A stretch of 64,000 nt of DNA. It comes from Microcella sp. GTDB taxonomy: Bacteria > Actinomycetota > Actinomycetes > Actinomycetales > Microbacteriaceae. The stretch is from assembly GCF_040286215.1 (NCBI RefSeq), contig NZ_JAVKCK010000029.1, positions 25,879 through 89,878 of the forward strand, in the 5' to 3' direction. Both the position numbers and the translations under genes were made by a program. Below, piece by piece: positions 51,751-61,029 of this stretch (positions are counted from its first letter, which is position 1; every line of letters begins with the position of its first letter). Under the pieces are notes generated by a model. That model made no database searches, was not told where the DNA came from, and was given only the letters and a program-made list of their open reading frames with translations.

Positions 51751-52727
51751 AAGGCGATCGTGGCGGCGAGCCCGAGCCCGGTGAGCAGCGCGGCGAGCGA
51801 CGTGAGCTTGAGAGCGAGCACGAGCTCACCCGACGTGCGAGCGAGCAGCACGATGAGGATGACCGGGGCGCTGACGAGGAGCGTGCCGTACACCGCCGGT
51901 GCCCACTCGAAGAGCAGCGCGAACGGCACGAGCACGCCGTACGCGCTCACGAGCAGCACAGAGAAGAGGATGCGGGCCGGCAGGTCGCCGAGTCGCACCG
52001 CGAGGGTGCGCTTGCCGACCAGGGCGTCCTGCTCCCGATCGCGGATGTTGTTGACGAGCAGCACCGCCGCGGCGAACAGCCCCGCGATGACACCTGCGAG
52101 CCACGCCTCGAGGGGCCACTGCTGGATCTGCACGTAAGTCGTGCCGACCGTCGCGACGAGCCCGAAGAACACGAAGGCGACGAGCTCTCCCAGCCCCGCA
52201 TAGCCGTAGGGCTTCCTCCCCCCCGTGTAGAACCAGGCGGCGATGAGCGCGACGGCGCCCACGGCGAGCAGCCACCAGACGCCGCTCAGAATCACCACGG
52301 CGAGACCGGCCGCGGCGCCGAGGCCGAAGAACACGAGCGCGACGGTGAGCACCGTGCGGGGCCTCGCCGCGCCCGAGCCGGTGAGGCGGCTCGGGCCGAC
52401 CCGGTAGCGGTCGGTGCCGCGCACGCCATCCGAGTAGTCGTTGGCGTAGTTGACCCCCACCTGCAGGAACAGCGCCACGGCGAGGCACAGCAGGGCGATC
52501 GCGAGGTTGTAGCCGAGCGTGTTGTAGGCGACCGCCGTGCCGAGCGCCACGGGGGCGATCGCGAGGCTCACCGTACGCAGTCGGGCGCCCGCGATCCAGT
52601 CGCGTGCGGTCGCGGGACGCGCCTTCGCCGGGTTGCCGGATGCCGCCGCCGCCTTCGCCGGATTCGTGCGCTTCGCGCTGCCGCCGCGGGCGCGCTTCTT
52701 CTTCGTCTTCTTCGTCGGGGAGGCCAC
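51747..52727 (-). CDS. menA: 1,4-dihydroxy-2-naphthoate polyprenyltransferase
   Basis: Trimmed to GTG 52727 (start uncertain). Lys-rich N-terminus, then the UbiA-family motif VNYANDYSDGVRGTD, with multiple TM helices. Confidence 0.88.
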   Translation of the reverse strand: MASPTKKTKKKRARGGSAKRTNPAKAAAASGNPAKARPATARDWIAGARLRTVSLAIAPVALGTAVAYNTLGYNLAIALLCLAVALFLQVGVNYANDYSDGVRGTDRYRVGPSRLTGSGAARPRTVLTVALVFFGLGAAAGLAVVILSGVWWLLAVGAVALIAAWFYTGGRKPYGYAGLGELVAFVFFGLVATVGTTYVQIQQWPLEAWLAGVIAGLFAAAVLLVNNIRDREQDALVGKRTLAVRLGDLPARILFSVLLVSAYGVLVPFALLFEWAPAVYGTLLVSAPVILIVLLARTSGELVLALKLTSLAALLTGLGLAATIAF

Positions 52728-52810
52728 GGATGCGAGTGTATCGGCGGGTCGCCTGCCTCGCGCGCGCCGCCGTGCGGCCGCGCCGCGCACGGTGAGCCCG
52801 CCGCTCGGGC

Positions 52811-53941
52811 TCAGTCGACGAGGCGCGCGATCGTGAGCCGGTCGGGCTTGCCGCTCGGGAGCGTCGGCAGAGCATCCAGCACGCGGATGCGATCGGGGCG
52901 CGCCTCGGGCCCCAGCGCGGCGCCGACCGCGCGCCGCACCGCCCCAAGATCCGCCGAGCGGGTCGTGACGACGACCGGCACCTCGCCCCACTCCGGGTCG
53001 TGGCCCGGCACGACGACCGCGTCGGCGAGACCCTCCAGCTCGCGCACGACGCGCTCCACCTCCCCCAGACGCACCTTCAGCCCGCCCGAGACGATCGTGT
53101 CGTCGAGGCGCCCGAGCACCCGCAGCACTCCGTCATCGCTCAGCTCACCAGCGTCATCGGTGCGATACCAGCGGTCGCCGTCATCCTCGATGAAACAGCT
53201 CTCCGTGCGTGCCGGATCACCCAGGTAGTATTCGGCGATCGTCGGGCCGCCGAGCTCCACCCGGCCGTCCACAACCCGCACCTGCGTCTGCCCGATAGCA
53301 CGGCCGTCATACACGCAACCGCCACTCGTCTCGCTCGACCCGTAGGTGCGCGTGATGCGCCAGCCGAGCGCCGTCGCCCGCTCGATGAGCGGCGCGGGAG
53401 TCGCCTGGCCGCCGACGAGGATGCGCGAGAAACCGGCGAGGGCGTCGCGCAGGGGCGCATCCGTCTCGGCGTCGTCGACCAGCCTCGACAGCTGGGCTGG
53501 CACGAGCGCGGTGAAGCGCGCCGGCTGCGACATCTGCTCGATCGCCGCCAGCACGCGCGCGGCGCTCATGCGCCCCGGCGGCACCGGAACCGGCTCGACG
53601 TCGGCGGCGAGCGACCGCGCGAGCACGGTGATGCCGGCGATGTACTGCACGGGCAGGGCGAGCAGCCATTGGCCGGGACCGCCGAGCGCGCTCTGGGTCG
53701 CGGCCGCGCTCGCCAGCACGGCATCGGCGCTCAGCGCCACCCGCTTCGGGCGGCCCGTCGTGCCGCTCGTCTCGACGACGACGGCGATGCGCTGCTCGAC
53801 CTCGAGCGGAGCCGTGTGCACGGGGTTCACTCCCCCGCCGCGGAACAGCACCGCCGGCCCGTCGCCGCTGAGCGCCTCGCGCAGGGCGGCCCGGCACTGC
53901 AGCGGGTCAGCGGTATCGACGACGGCGAGCGGACGAGTCAC
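52811..53941 (-). CDS. menE: o-succinylbenzoate--CoA ligase
   Basis: GTG start. Short (376 aa) adenylate-forming enzyme. VVETSGTTGRPKRV and TYGSSETSGG. Located in a men cluster. Confidence 0.87.
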   Translation of the reverse strand: MTRPLAVVDTADPLQCRAALREALSGDGPAVLFRGGGVNPVHTAPLEVEQRIAVVVETSGTTGRPKRVALSADAVLASAAATQSALGGPGQWLLALPVQYIAGITVLARSLAADVEPVPVPPGRMSAARVLAAIEQMSQPARFTALVPAQLSRLVDDAETDAPLRDALAGFSRILVGGQATPAPLIERATALGWRITRTYGSSETSGGCVYDGRAIGQTQVRVVDGRVELGGPTIAEYYLGDPARTESCFIEDDGDRWYRTDDAGELSDDGVLRVLGRLDDTIVSGGLKVRLGEVERVVRELEGLADAVVVPGHDPEWGEVPVVVTTRSADLGAVRRAVGAALGPEARPDRIRVLDALPTLPSGKPDRLTIARLVD

Positions 53942-53981
53942 GCGCCCACGCTACCCCGCGCGCCCGAGCCGCGCGCCCCGC

Positions 53982-54064
53982 CCCCATTGTGTGCCAGATC
54001 TGACGCACAAGGGCGCTCTCGGCATCGGTGAGCGCCCCTTCGTGTCAGATCTGGCACCAAGGGG
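53982..54064. repeat. 83-nt imperfect palindromic element between menB and menE
   Basis: A 14-bp perfect arm pair GTGCCAGATCTGAC (53991-54004) / GTCAGATCTGGCAC (54044-54057), an inner 8-bp pair GGGCGCTC (54011-18) / GAGCGCCC (54030-37), and an outer C4/G4 pair. Confidence 0.85.
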
Positions 54065-54076
54065 CTGCGGGGCGCG

Positions 54077-54991
54077 CTAGTACTGCCAGGGGTAGGGGCT
54101 CCAGTCGGGGGCGCGCTTCTCGAGGAAGGCGTCGCGGCCCTCGACCGCCTCGTCGGTGCCGTAGGCGAGCCGGGTCGCCTCGCCGGCGAAGAGCTGCTGG
54201 CCGGGCATCCCGTCGTCGGTGAGATTCATCGCGTACTTCAGCATGCGGATCGCGGTGGGGCTCTTCGTGAGGATCGTCTCTGCCCACTCGAGCGCCGTCC
54301 GCTCGAGCGACGCGTGCGGCACGACCGCGTTGACGGTGCCCATCTCGTAGGCGCGCTGCGCGTCGTACTCGCGGGCGAGGAAGAAGATCTCCCGCGCGAT
54401 CTTCTGCCCGACCTGCTTCGCGAGGTAGGCGCTGCCGTAGCCGGCGTCGAACGACCCGACGTCGGCGTCGGTCTGCTTGAAGCGGGCGTGCTCGCGGCTC
54501 GCGATCGTCAGGTCGCACACGACGTGCAGCGAGTGCCCGCCGCCGGCCGCCCACCCGGGAACGACCGCGATGACGACCTTCGGCAGAAAGCGGATCAGCC
54601 GCTGCACCTCGAGGATGTGCAGCCGTGACGCCTTGCCCGCATCGACCGTGTCGGCAGTTTCCCCCTCGGCGTACTGGTACCCGCCGCGCCCGCGGATGCG
54701 CTGGTCGCCGCCCGAGCAGAACGCCCACCCGCCGTCCTTCACGCTCGGCCCGTTGCCGGTGAGCAGCACGACCCCGACTCTCGGGTTCTGCCGCGCGTCG
54801 TCGAGGGCACGGTACAGCTCATCGACCGTGTGCGGACGGAAGGCGTTGCGCACCTCGGGCCGGTCGAACGCGATGCGGGCGATGCGGCCCGACGTGTCGA
54901 GGTGGTACGTGACGTCGGTGAGGTCGCCGAAGCCGGGCGCGACCGTCCAGCGGGCGGCGTCGAACAGTTCGGAGACGTGCGGCTCGGCCAT
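54077..54991 (-). CDS. menB: 1,4-dihydroxy-2-naphthoyl-CoA synthase
   Basis: Crotonase fold. ...VVLLTGNGPSVKDGGWAFCSGGDQRIRG... C-terminus ...KRAPDWSPYPWQY. Confidence 0.93.
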   Translation of the reverse strand: MAEPHVSELFDAARWTVAPGFGDLTDVTYHLDTSGRIARIAFDRPEVRNAFRPHTVDELYRALDDARQNPRVGVVLLTGNGPSVKDGGWAFCSGGDQRIRGRGGYQYAEGETADTVDAGKASRLHILEVQRLIRFLPKVVIAVVPGWAAGGGHSLHVVCDLTIASREHARFKQTDADVGSFDAGYGSAYLAKQVGQKIAREIFFLAREYDAQRAYEMGTVNAVVPHASLERTALEWAETILTKSPTAIRMLKYAMNLTDDGMPGQQLFAGEATRLAYGTDEAVEGRDAFLEKRAPDWSPYPWQY

Positions 54992-54997
54992 GCCGCG

Positions 54998-55003
54998 AGC
55001 CTA
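54998..55003 (-). promoter_or_regulatory. -10 box TAGGCT (reverse strand), leaderless-type promoter of menB
   Basis: Reverse strand TAGGCT-cgcggc-ATG (6 nt). Confidence 0.45.
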
Positions 55004-55157
55004 CCCGCGCGCCTCCCCGCACCGTGGTGTTGCCCGTTCAGGAAGGAACGCCCGTACCGTCGCCTGTGCGGTCGTGACACGCCGATTCCGCGCCGACTCG
55101 AGCCGCTCTTCCTGATAGAGCAACGGGTGGGGCGCGGGTGGGTGCCACACTGGGGCG

Positions 55158-56156
55158 ATGGATGCTCTGCCCACGCTCGACGACGTGCTGGGCCGCGCCC
55201 ACGTGGTGAGCGTGCCGCTCACGACGCGGTTCCGCGGCGTGCAGCACCGCGAGGCCGTGCTGCTGCACGGCCCGGCCGGCTGGAGCGAGTTCGCGCCCTT
55301 CGTCGAGTACGGCGACGCGGAGGCGAGCACCTGGCTCGCCGCGGCCCTCGACTACGGGTGGCGGGAGTCGAGCGCCCCGGCGCTGCGGTCGAGCATCCCC
55401 GTCAATGCAACGCTGCCCGCCGTGCCGCTCGAGAGCATCGCGAGCGTGCTGAGCCGCTTCGGCGACTGCCGCACCGTGAAGATCAAGGTCGCGGAGCCGG
55501 GCGAGAGCCGCGCCGACGACATCGCCCGCGTGCGGGAGACACGGCGGCTGATCGGCGCGGCCGGGCGCATCCGCCTCGACGCGAACGGCGCCTGGAACGT
55601 CGACGAAGCCGAGCACGCGGTGCGCGAGCTCGAGCAGTTCGACCTCGAGTACGTCGAGCAGCCGTGCGCGACCGTGCCCGAGCTGGCCGAACTGCGCCGG
55701 CGCATTCGCCGCATCGACGTGCTCGTGGCCGCCGACGAGAGTGTGCGCAAGGCCGCCGACCCGCTCGCCGTGGCCCGCGCCGACGCGGCTGACCTGCTCG
55801 TCATCAAGGCCGCCCCACTCGGCGGCGTCGACCGTGCGCTGCGCATCGTCGCGGAGGCGGGGCTGCCCGCCGTCGTCTCGAGCGCGCTCGACACGAGCGT
55901 CGGCCTCGCGATGGGGGCGGCCCTCGCCGCGCGACTGCCGAGTCTCGACTTCGACTGCGGTCTCGGCACGGGCGCGCTGCTCGCCGACGACGTCGCCGAC
56001 CCCCGGGTCGTGCCCGTGGACGGCGCGATCGGCGTGGGTCGGGCATCCCTGGACGAGGATGCTCTGGCTCGCCTTGCCGCGCCCTCCGACCGTGCCGCCT
56101 GGTGGCGCGAGCGCCTCGCGCGTTGCCACGCCGTGCTCGCGGCCGCGCCGCGCTAG
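55158..56156 (+). CDS. menC: o-succinylbenzoate synthase
   Basis: Enolase-superfamily OSBS. ...CRTVKIKVAE..., IRLDANGAW, LEYVEQPC, VAADESV. Confidence 0.88.
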   Translation: MDALPTLDDVLGRAHVVSVPLTTRFRGVQHREAVLLHGPAGWSEFAPFVEYGDAEASTWLAAALDYGWRESSAPALRSSIPVNATLPAVPLESIASVLSRFGDCRTVKIKVAEPGESRADDIARVRETRRLIGAAGRIRLDANGAWNVDEAEHAVRELEQFDLEYVEQPCATVPELAELRRRIRRIDVLVAADESVRKAADPLAVARADAADLLVIKAAPLGGVDRALRIVAEAGLPAVVSSALDTSVGLAMGAALAARLPSLDFDCGLGTGALLADDVADPRVVPVDGAIGVGRASLDEDALARLAAPSDRAAWWRERLARCHAVLAAAPR

Positions 56157-56237
56157 GCAGAAACTCCCTCCCCCACCTGCGCGCATGTCTCGCTACGCTC
56201 GAGGCACGAGTTCGATCCGCACCTCGAGAGGTTCACC

Positions 56238-56837
56238 ATGCGCCGTGCAGTAACCGCCGTCACGATCGCCGGAGTGCTTGTGCTTGCCGGATGCGGCGCG
56301 CCGGCGGGCGACGCCGACACCGAGCCGGAGGATGCCGCGGTCGAGGAGCCGACCGCTCCGGAGGAGGAGCCGATCGACCCGACCGACCCGGCGTGCCTCG
56401 TCGGCGACTGGCAGATCGCCGAGGATCAGATGCAGTCGTTCTACGACGCTCTCGCGGTGGGCATCGACGGCATCGAGTTCGCGGTCGACGGGTCGGTGGG
56501 CCTGTCGTTCACGGCGGACGAGTACCGCTACACCTCCGACTTCGTCCTCGATCTCACGGTCGAAGGTGGCACCACGGGCGAGGGTGTGGCGACGGGCGGC
56601 CTCGGCGGCACCTACACAGCGGAGGACGGCGTCATCACGACGACTCTCGTCGACAACGACCTCTCCGTGATCGTCACAGTCATGGGGCAGACGATCGACG
56701 GCTCCGACCTCGCTGGCGGGTTGCTGCTCTCCGATCCGATCAACGATGCGCCGTTCGACTGCTCGAGCGGCGCCCCGGTGCTGCAGTTCGAGACCGGCTC
56801 GGGCCGCACGCCCGTCGCGTTGACGCCCGCGAGCTGA
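56238..56837 (+). CDS. lipoprotein of unknown function
   Basis: Signal plus lipobox MRRAVTAVTIAGVLVLAGC. An acidic Pro-rich linker, then a beta-rich region of about 150 aa with two Cys. GAGAGG RBS. Confidence 0.7.
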   Translation: MRRAVTAVTIAGVLVLAGCGAPAGDADTEPEDAAVEEPTAPEEEPIDPTDPACLVGDWQIAEDQMQSFYDALAVGIDGIEFAVDGSVGLSFTADEYRYTSDFVLDLTVEGGTTGEGVATGGLGGTYTAEDGVITTTLVDNDLSVIVTVMGQTIDGSDLAGGLLLSDPINDAPFDCSSGAPVLQFETGSGRTPVALTPAS

Positions 56838-56850
56838 GCGGCGTCCGCGC

Positions 56851-57906
56851 CTACAGCCCCGAGTAGGAGTGCAGCCCGGTGAAGTAGAGGTTCACGATCG
56901 TGTAGTTGAAGATCACCGAGCCGAAGCCGACGATCGCGAGCCACGCGGAGCGGTTGCCGCGCCAGCCGCGTGTTGCGCGGGCGTGGATGTAGCCGGCGAA
57001 GAGGGTCCAGATGATGAAGGTCCAGACCTCTTTGGTGTCCCAGCCCCAGTAGCGGCCCCAGGCCCGCTCGGCCCAGATGGCGCCGGCGATCAGGGTGAAC
57101 GTCCAGAAGACGAAGCCGATGACGGTGACGCGGTAGGCGAGCGATTCGAGGACGGATGCCGCGGGCAGGGTGTCGAGGAACCGCAGCCCCGCACTCTGCC
57201 GGGCTTCGCGCCGTGCGCGCAGCAGCTGCATGATCGAGAGGCCGGCGCCGATGGCGAAGAACGCGGTGGCGAGCACGGCGACGAGCACGTGGATGACGAG
57301 CCATGCCGACTGCAGGGCCGGCGGCAACGGCACGACGTCGACGTAGAAGTTGACGGTCACGATGCCGAGAGCCAGGAGGGAGAAGCCCGTGATGTAGGCG
57401 CCGAGGAAGCGGAGATCCTTCCACAGTTGCACGAAGAGGAAGGTGCCCATGCCGACGGCGGTCGCCGTGAGCCCGAACTCGAACATGTTGGCCCACGGCA
57501 CGCGCTCGGCGGCGATGCCGCGCGTGAGCACAGCGGCCATGTGCAGGGCGAAGCCGAGGATGGCGAGCGCGAACGCGGCGCGCTGATACCGGGTGCCGCC
57601 GGGGGTCTGCGGCGCAGCATCCGCGCGGTCGAGGACGGCGGTGGTACCTGCCCGGCCCGCCGACGACAGGACGGTCGCCGCGGTCGCGGAGGCACGCGCC
57701 TGCGTGACCGGCTCGGCACGACCGGCGGAGCGCTTGGCGAGGTCGAGGGTGAAGAGGATGAAGGCGACGGTGTAGACGCCCATGGCCGAGTAGACGGCGA
57801 CGAGAGAGTAGGCGACGAGATTCTCCATGAGGTCTTCATCGTACGGCGCGCTCCTGAGAGGACGGTCGAGTGGAAGGGGAGGGACCTCCGACTCTGGTGT
57901 TCTCAT
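56851..57906 (-). CDS. ccsB: c-type cytochrome biogenesis protein CcsB (ResC)
   Basis: Multi-TM. Haem-handling W-rich motif AWGRYWGWDTKEVW. The start is uncertain (ATG 57906 or ATG 57828). Confidence 0.9.
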   Translation of the reverse strand: MRTPESEVPPLPLDRPLRSAPYDEDLMENLVAYSLVAVYSAMGVYTVAFILFTLDLAKRSAGRAEPVTQARASATAATVLSSAGRAGTTAVLDRADAAPQTPGGTRYQRAAFALAILGFALHMAAVLTRGIAAERVPWANMFEFGLTATAVGMGTFLFVQLWKDLRFLGAYITGFSLLALGIVTVNFYVDVVPLPPALQSAWLVIHVLVAVLATAFFAIGAGLSIMQLLRARREARQSAGLRFLDTLPAASVLESLAYRVTVIGFVFWTFTLIAGAIWAERAWGRYWGWDTKEVWTFIIWTLFAGYIHARATRGWRGNRSAWLAIVGFGSVIFNYTIVNLYFTGLHSYSGL

Positions 57907-57916
57907 GAACTCGTCC

Positions 57917-57922
57917 TAGGCT
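57917..57922 (+). promoter_or_regulatory. -10 box TAGGCT, leaderless-type promoter of the DsbA-like gene
   Basis: TAGGCT-gggcacc-ATG (7 nt). Confidence 0.4.
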
Positions 57923-57929
57923 GGGCACC

Positions 57930-58664
57930 ATGGCACGCCCCACTCGACCCGTCTCCCCTGCCCGTCGCCCGAAGGCTCAGAAGAAGCCGATGTCGCCGCG
58001 CGCCGCCCAGCTGCTCGCGATCGTGGTGGCTCTCGGCTTCGTGGCGATCATCGCGGCGATTGTCGTCTCGAGCATGAATCGCCCCGAGGCGTCGGATGCT
58101 CTGCCGGAGGTGCCCGCGGGTGAAGCTGGCGAGCTTCTGCGTGACGACCCCCACCTTCTGTCGGAGGCGACGCCGGAGACGGCGGAGGTCGTGCTCGTGG
58201 AGTTCCTCGACTTCCAGTGCCCCGGGTGCGCGTCAGCCAGCCCCTTCGTGCAGCAGCTCGCCGCCGACTACGGCGACCGGCTCTCCGTGGTGGTGCGGCA
58301 CCTGCCGCTCACCGAGATCCACCCGCACGCTGTCGACGCGGCTCTCGCCTCGGAGGCCGCGGCGGCGCAAGGACAGTTCGTCGCGATGTACGAGCGACTG
58401 TTCGAGACCCAGCAGGAGTGGGCTCGGTCGGCGGGCGACCAGTCGGGCACGTTCCGCGGCTTCGCTGAGGAACTCGGGCTCGATCTCGGCGAGTACGACC
58501 GGGTCGTGAGCGATGCGGCGACGCTCGAGCGCATCGCTCTGGATCGCGCCGACGCGTTCGCGCTCGGGGCGGGCGGAACGCCGAGCTTCTTCCTCGACGG
58601 CGAGTTCCTGCAGCTGAGCTCCTTCGAGGAGCTGCGCACGATCGTGGAGGCTCGCCTCAACTAG
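57930..58664 (+). CDS. DsbA family thiol:disulfide oxidoreductase (membrane-anchored)
   Basis: Basic N-terminus, TM helix LLAIVVALGFVAIIAAIVV, active site FLDFQCPGCASASP, C-terminal GTPSFFLDG. Confidence 0.87.
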   Translation: MARPTRPVSPARRPKAQKKPMSPRAAQLLAIVVALGFVAIIAAIVVSSMNRPEASDALPEVPAGEAGELLRDDPHLLSEATPETAEVVLVEFLDFQCPGCASASPFVQQLAADYGDRLSVVVRHLPLTEIHPHAVDAALASEAAAAQGQFVAMYERLFETQQEWARSAGDQSGTFRGFAEELGLDLGEYDRVVSDAATLERIALDRADAFALGAGGTPSFFLDGEFLQLSSFEELRTIVEARLN

Positions 58665-60282
58665 CGGCCGGCCCGCGGCTCGCGTGGGCATCGGCGAACT
58701 CGGCGACGGCCCGCTCAAGGTTGGGGTCCTCGCCGCGGGCGAGGCCTGCGTACTGCACGCGCACGCCCTCGCCCTCGGCGCTGGCGCTGGCGACGACCCA
58801 GAGCCGGCGGCGCGGCACGAAGAGGCTCGTGAGCAGGCCTGCGAGCACCAGGATCGACGAGATCAGCACCCCCTCCTGAGTGGGGTCGTGGTGCACGTCC
58901 AGGCTCACAAAGCGCGGCAGGCTGGTGAACTCGACGCTGCCGAGCCCGTTCGGCAGGTCCGCCGACTGGCCGAGGCCGAGCACGATCGAGTCGTCGCCCG
59001 TGTCACCGCCGGTGATCTGCGTGAGGTCGTCGGTGTCGAGCGCGAAGGCGTTGCGGGGCACACCCTCGTCGAGCCCGAGGTCGCCGACGAAGGCGTTGAG
59101 AGTCAGCACGGGTTGGTCTGGTTCGGGGAAGACCGAGGTGAGGGCCCCGCTCGCGAGGGTCACCGCGGAGGGGTAGAAGAAGCCGATCATGCCGAGCTGC
59201 TCCTCGAGCCCGTCCGGCACCTTCACCACGCCGAGACTGGTGAGGTTCGAGTCGGTGGGCAGGAACGGCACGGGCTGGCTGAAGACGGCGGTGCCGGAGG
59301 CGTCGAGCACGGTGATCCACGGCGCGAAGCCGTTCCCCAGCAGGTATGCGGTGGTGCCGCCGATGTCGATGGGCTCGTTGACCTTGATCTGCCGCGGCGC
59401 CGCCTCGCCGCGCTCGACGACGGTGACGGCGGCCGTGAAGTCGAGCGGCTGCACGGCCCCCGTCGTCGTGTCGAGCCCGTACTCGGCGTCGAACGCGTCG
59501 AGGCGCACCGAGAACGGGTCGAGCCGCGCCTCGTCGAAGAAGCGGCCAGGGTTGAAGGAGTCGTAGCTCGTGAGCTGGTTGGTGAACGCCTGGTCCTCGA
59601 TGATGACCTTCTGGCCGTTGTAGCCGAAGCCTCCCGCGAAGCCCACGGTCGCGAGAACGCCGACGAGGGCCGCGTGGAAGACGAGGTTGCCGGTCTCGCG
59701 CAGATAGCCCCGCTCGGCCGACAGTGACGGGGCGCCGTGCGGATCGGTGTAGCGCTCGACCCGGTAGCGCTGACGCCGCAGGAGAGTCTGCGCCGACTCG
59801 AGCGCGGTCTCGACGGTGCCCTGAGCATCCACCCGCTCGGTGTAGCCGACCAGGCGGTCCAGTCGCGCGGGCGTCGCCGGCGGCCGGGAGCGGAGGGCGC
59901 GCCAGTGGTGGCGGGTGCGCGGAATGATGCAGCCGATGAGAGACACGAACAGCAGCAGGTAGATGGCCGAGAACCACACCGAGGTGTAGGTGTCGAAGAC
60001 CTGCAGCGTGTCGAGCACGGCGAAGGCCTCGGGGTTGTCGCGCTCGTACTGCACGACGCCGTTGGGGTCGGCGGAGCGCTGCGGCACGAGCGAGCCGGGA
60101 ATCGCGGCGACGGCGAGCAGCAGCAGCAGCACGAGCGCCGTGCGCATACTCGTGAGCTGGCGCCAGGCGTACCGCACCCAGCCGCGCACGCCGAGCGCAG
60201 GTTGCGCGATGCCCGCGGCTGCAGGCGCACTGTCGTCGTGGCCTGCGTTGTCGTGATGGTCAGAGGGGCGTGACGGTTCCAC
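58657..60282 (-). CDS. resB: cytochrome c biogenesis protein ResB (Ccs1)
   Basis: ...WRQLTSMRTALVLLLLLAVAAIPGSLVPQ..., a large extracytoplasmic domain, and a C-terminal TM. GTG 60282 overlaps the ccdA end, so the start is uncertain. Confidence 0.9.
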   Translation of the reverse strand: MEPSRPSDHHDNAGHDDSAPAAAGIAQPALGVRGWVRYAWRQLTSMRTALVLLLLLAVAAIPGSLVPQRSADPNGVVQYERDNPEAFAVLDTLQVFDTYTSVWFSAIYLLLFVSLIGCIIPRTRHHWRALRSRPPATPARLDRLVGYTERVDAQGTVETALESAQTLLRRQRYRVERYTDPHGAPSLSAERGYLRETGNLVFHAALVGVLATVGFAGGFGYNGQKVIIEDQAFTNQLTSYDSFNPGRFFDEARLDPFSVRLDAFDAEYGLDTTTGAVQPLDFTAAVTVVERGEAAPRQIKVNEPIDIGGTTAYLLGNGFAPWITVLDASGTAVFSQPVPFLPTDSNLTSLGVVKVPDGLEEQLGMIGFFYPSAVTLASGALTSVFPEPDQPVLTLNAFVGDLGLDEGVPRNAFALDTDDLTQITGGDTGDDSIVLGLGQSADLPNGLGSVEFTSLPRFVSLDVHHDPTQEGVLISSILVLAGLLTSLFVPRRRLWVVASASAEGEGVRVQYAGLARGEDPNLERAVAEFADAHASRGPAAS

Positions 60283-61024
60283 CGATCACCGCCCCGAGGC
60301 TCGAGACGAACTGCTGCCACAGCCCGGTCACCATGGCGAGGCCGATGACGATGAGCAGGCTGCCGCCGACGATATTGATCGCGCGGATGTTCCGCTTGAG
60401 CCATGCGGTCGCCCCCGCGACCCAGCGGAAGCCGAGAGCGACGAGAAGGAACGGGATGCCCAGCCCGAGGCAGTAGACGAACCCGATGAGGGCCGCACGA
60501 CCGACCCCGCCCTCGGTGAGGGCGAGCGAGTAGACGGCTGCGAGGGTCGGGCCGAGGCACGGCGCCCAGCCGAGGCCGAACACAATGCCGAGCAGCGGTG
60601 CCCCGCCGAGCCCGGTCGCGACCTGCCAGCGCGGCTGCACCGAGCGCTGCAGGAACGACACCTGGCCGATGAAGACGAAGCCGAGGGCGATGACGAGCAT
60701 GCCGGCGAGCCGGGTGATGAGGTCGAGCTGCGTCTGCAGCACGAGGCCGGCCGTCGCGAAGAGCAGAGAGAAGCCGACGAACACGATCGTGAAGCCGAGC
60801 ACGAACAGGGCAGCCCCGAGCACGACGCGGCCGCGGTCGCCCCGCAGCTGATCGGGCCGCGTGAAGCCCGTGACGTAGGCGAGGTAGCCGGGGACGAGCG
60901 GGAGGATGCACGGCGAGACGAAGGCGATGAGCCCAGCGAGCAGCGCGATCGGCAGGGCCGCGAGCAGTGAGCCGCTGAAGACGAGTTCGCCGACGGACTG
61001 GACGGCGAGGAGCGAGGCGACCAC
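60260..61024 (-). CDS. ccdA: cytochrome c biogenesis protein CcdA
   Basis: Track ORF trimmed to GTG 61024, 5 nt after the resA stop. FVSPCILPLVPGYLAYVTG and GWAPCLGPTLAAV conserved Cys motifs. Confidence 0.88.
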   Translation of the reverse strand: MVASLLAVQSVGELVFSGSLLAALPIALLAGLIAFVSPCILPLVPGYLAYVTGFTRPDQLRGDRGRVVLGAALFVLGFTIVFVGFSLLFATAGLVLQTQLDLITRLAGMLVIALGFVFIGQVSFLQRSVQPRWQVATGLGGAPLLGIVFGLGWAPCLGPTLAAVYSLALTEGGVGRAALIGFVYCLGLGIPFLLVALGFRWVAGATAWLKRNIRAINIVGGSLLIVIGLAMVTGLWQQFVSSLGAVIGGTVTPL

Positions 61025-61029
61025 GCTGC

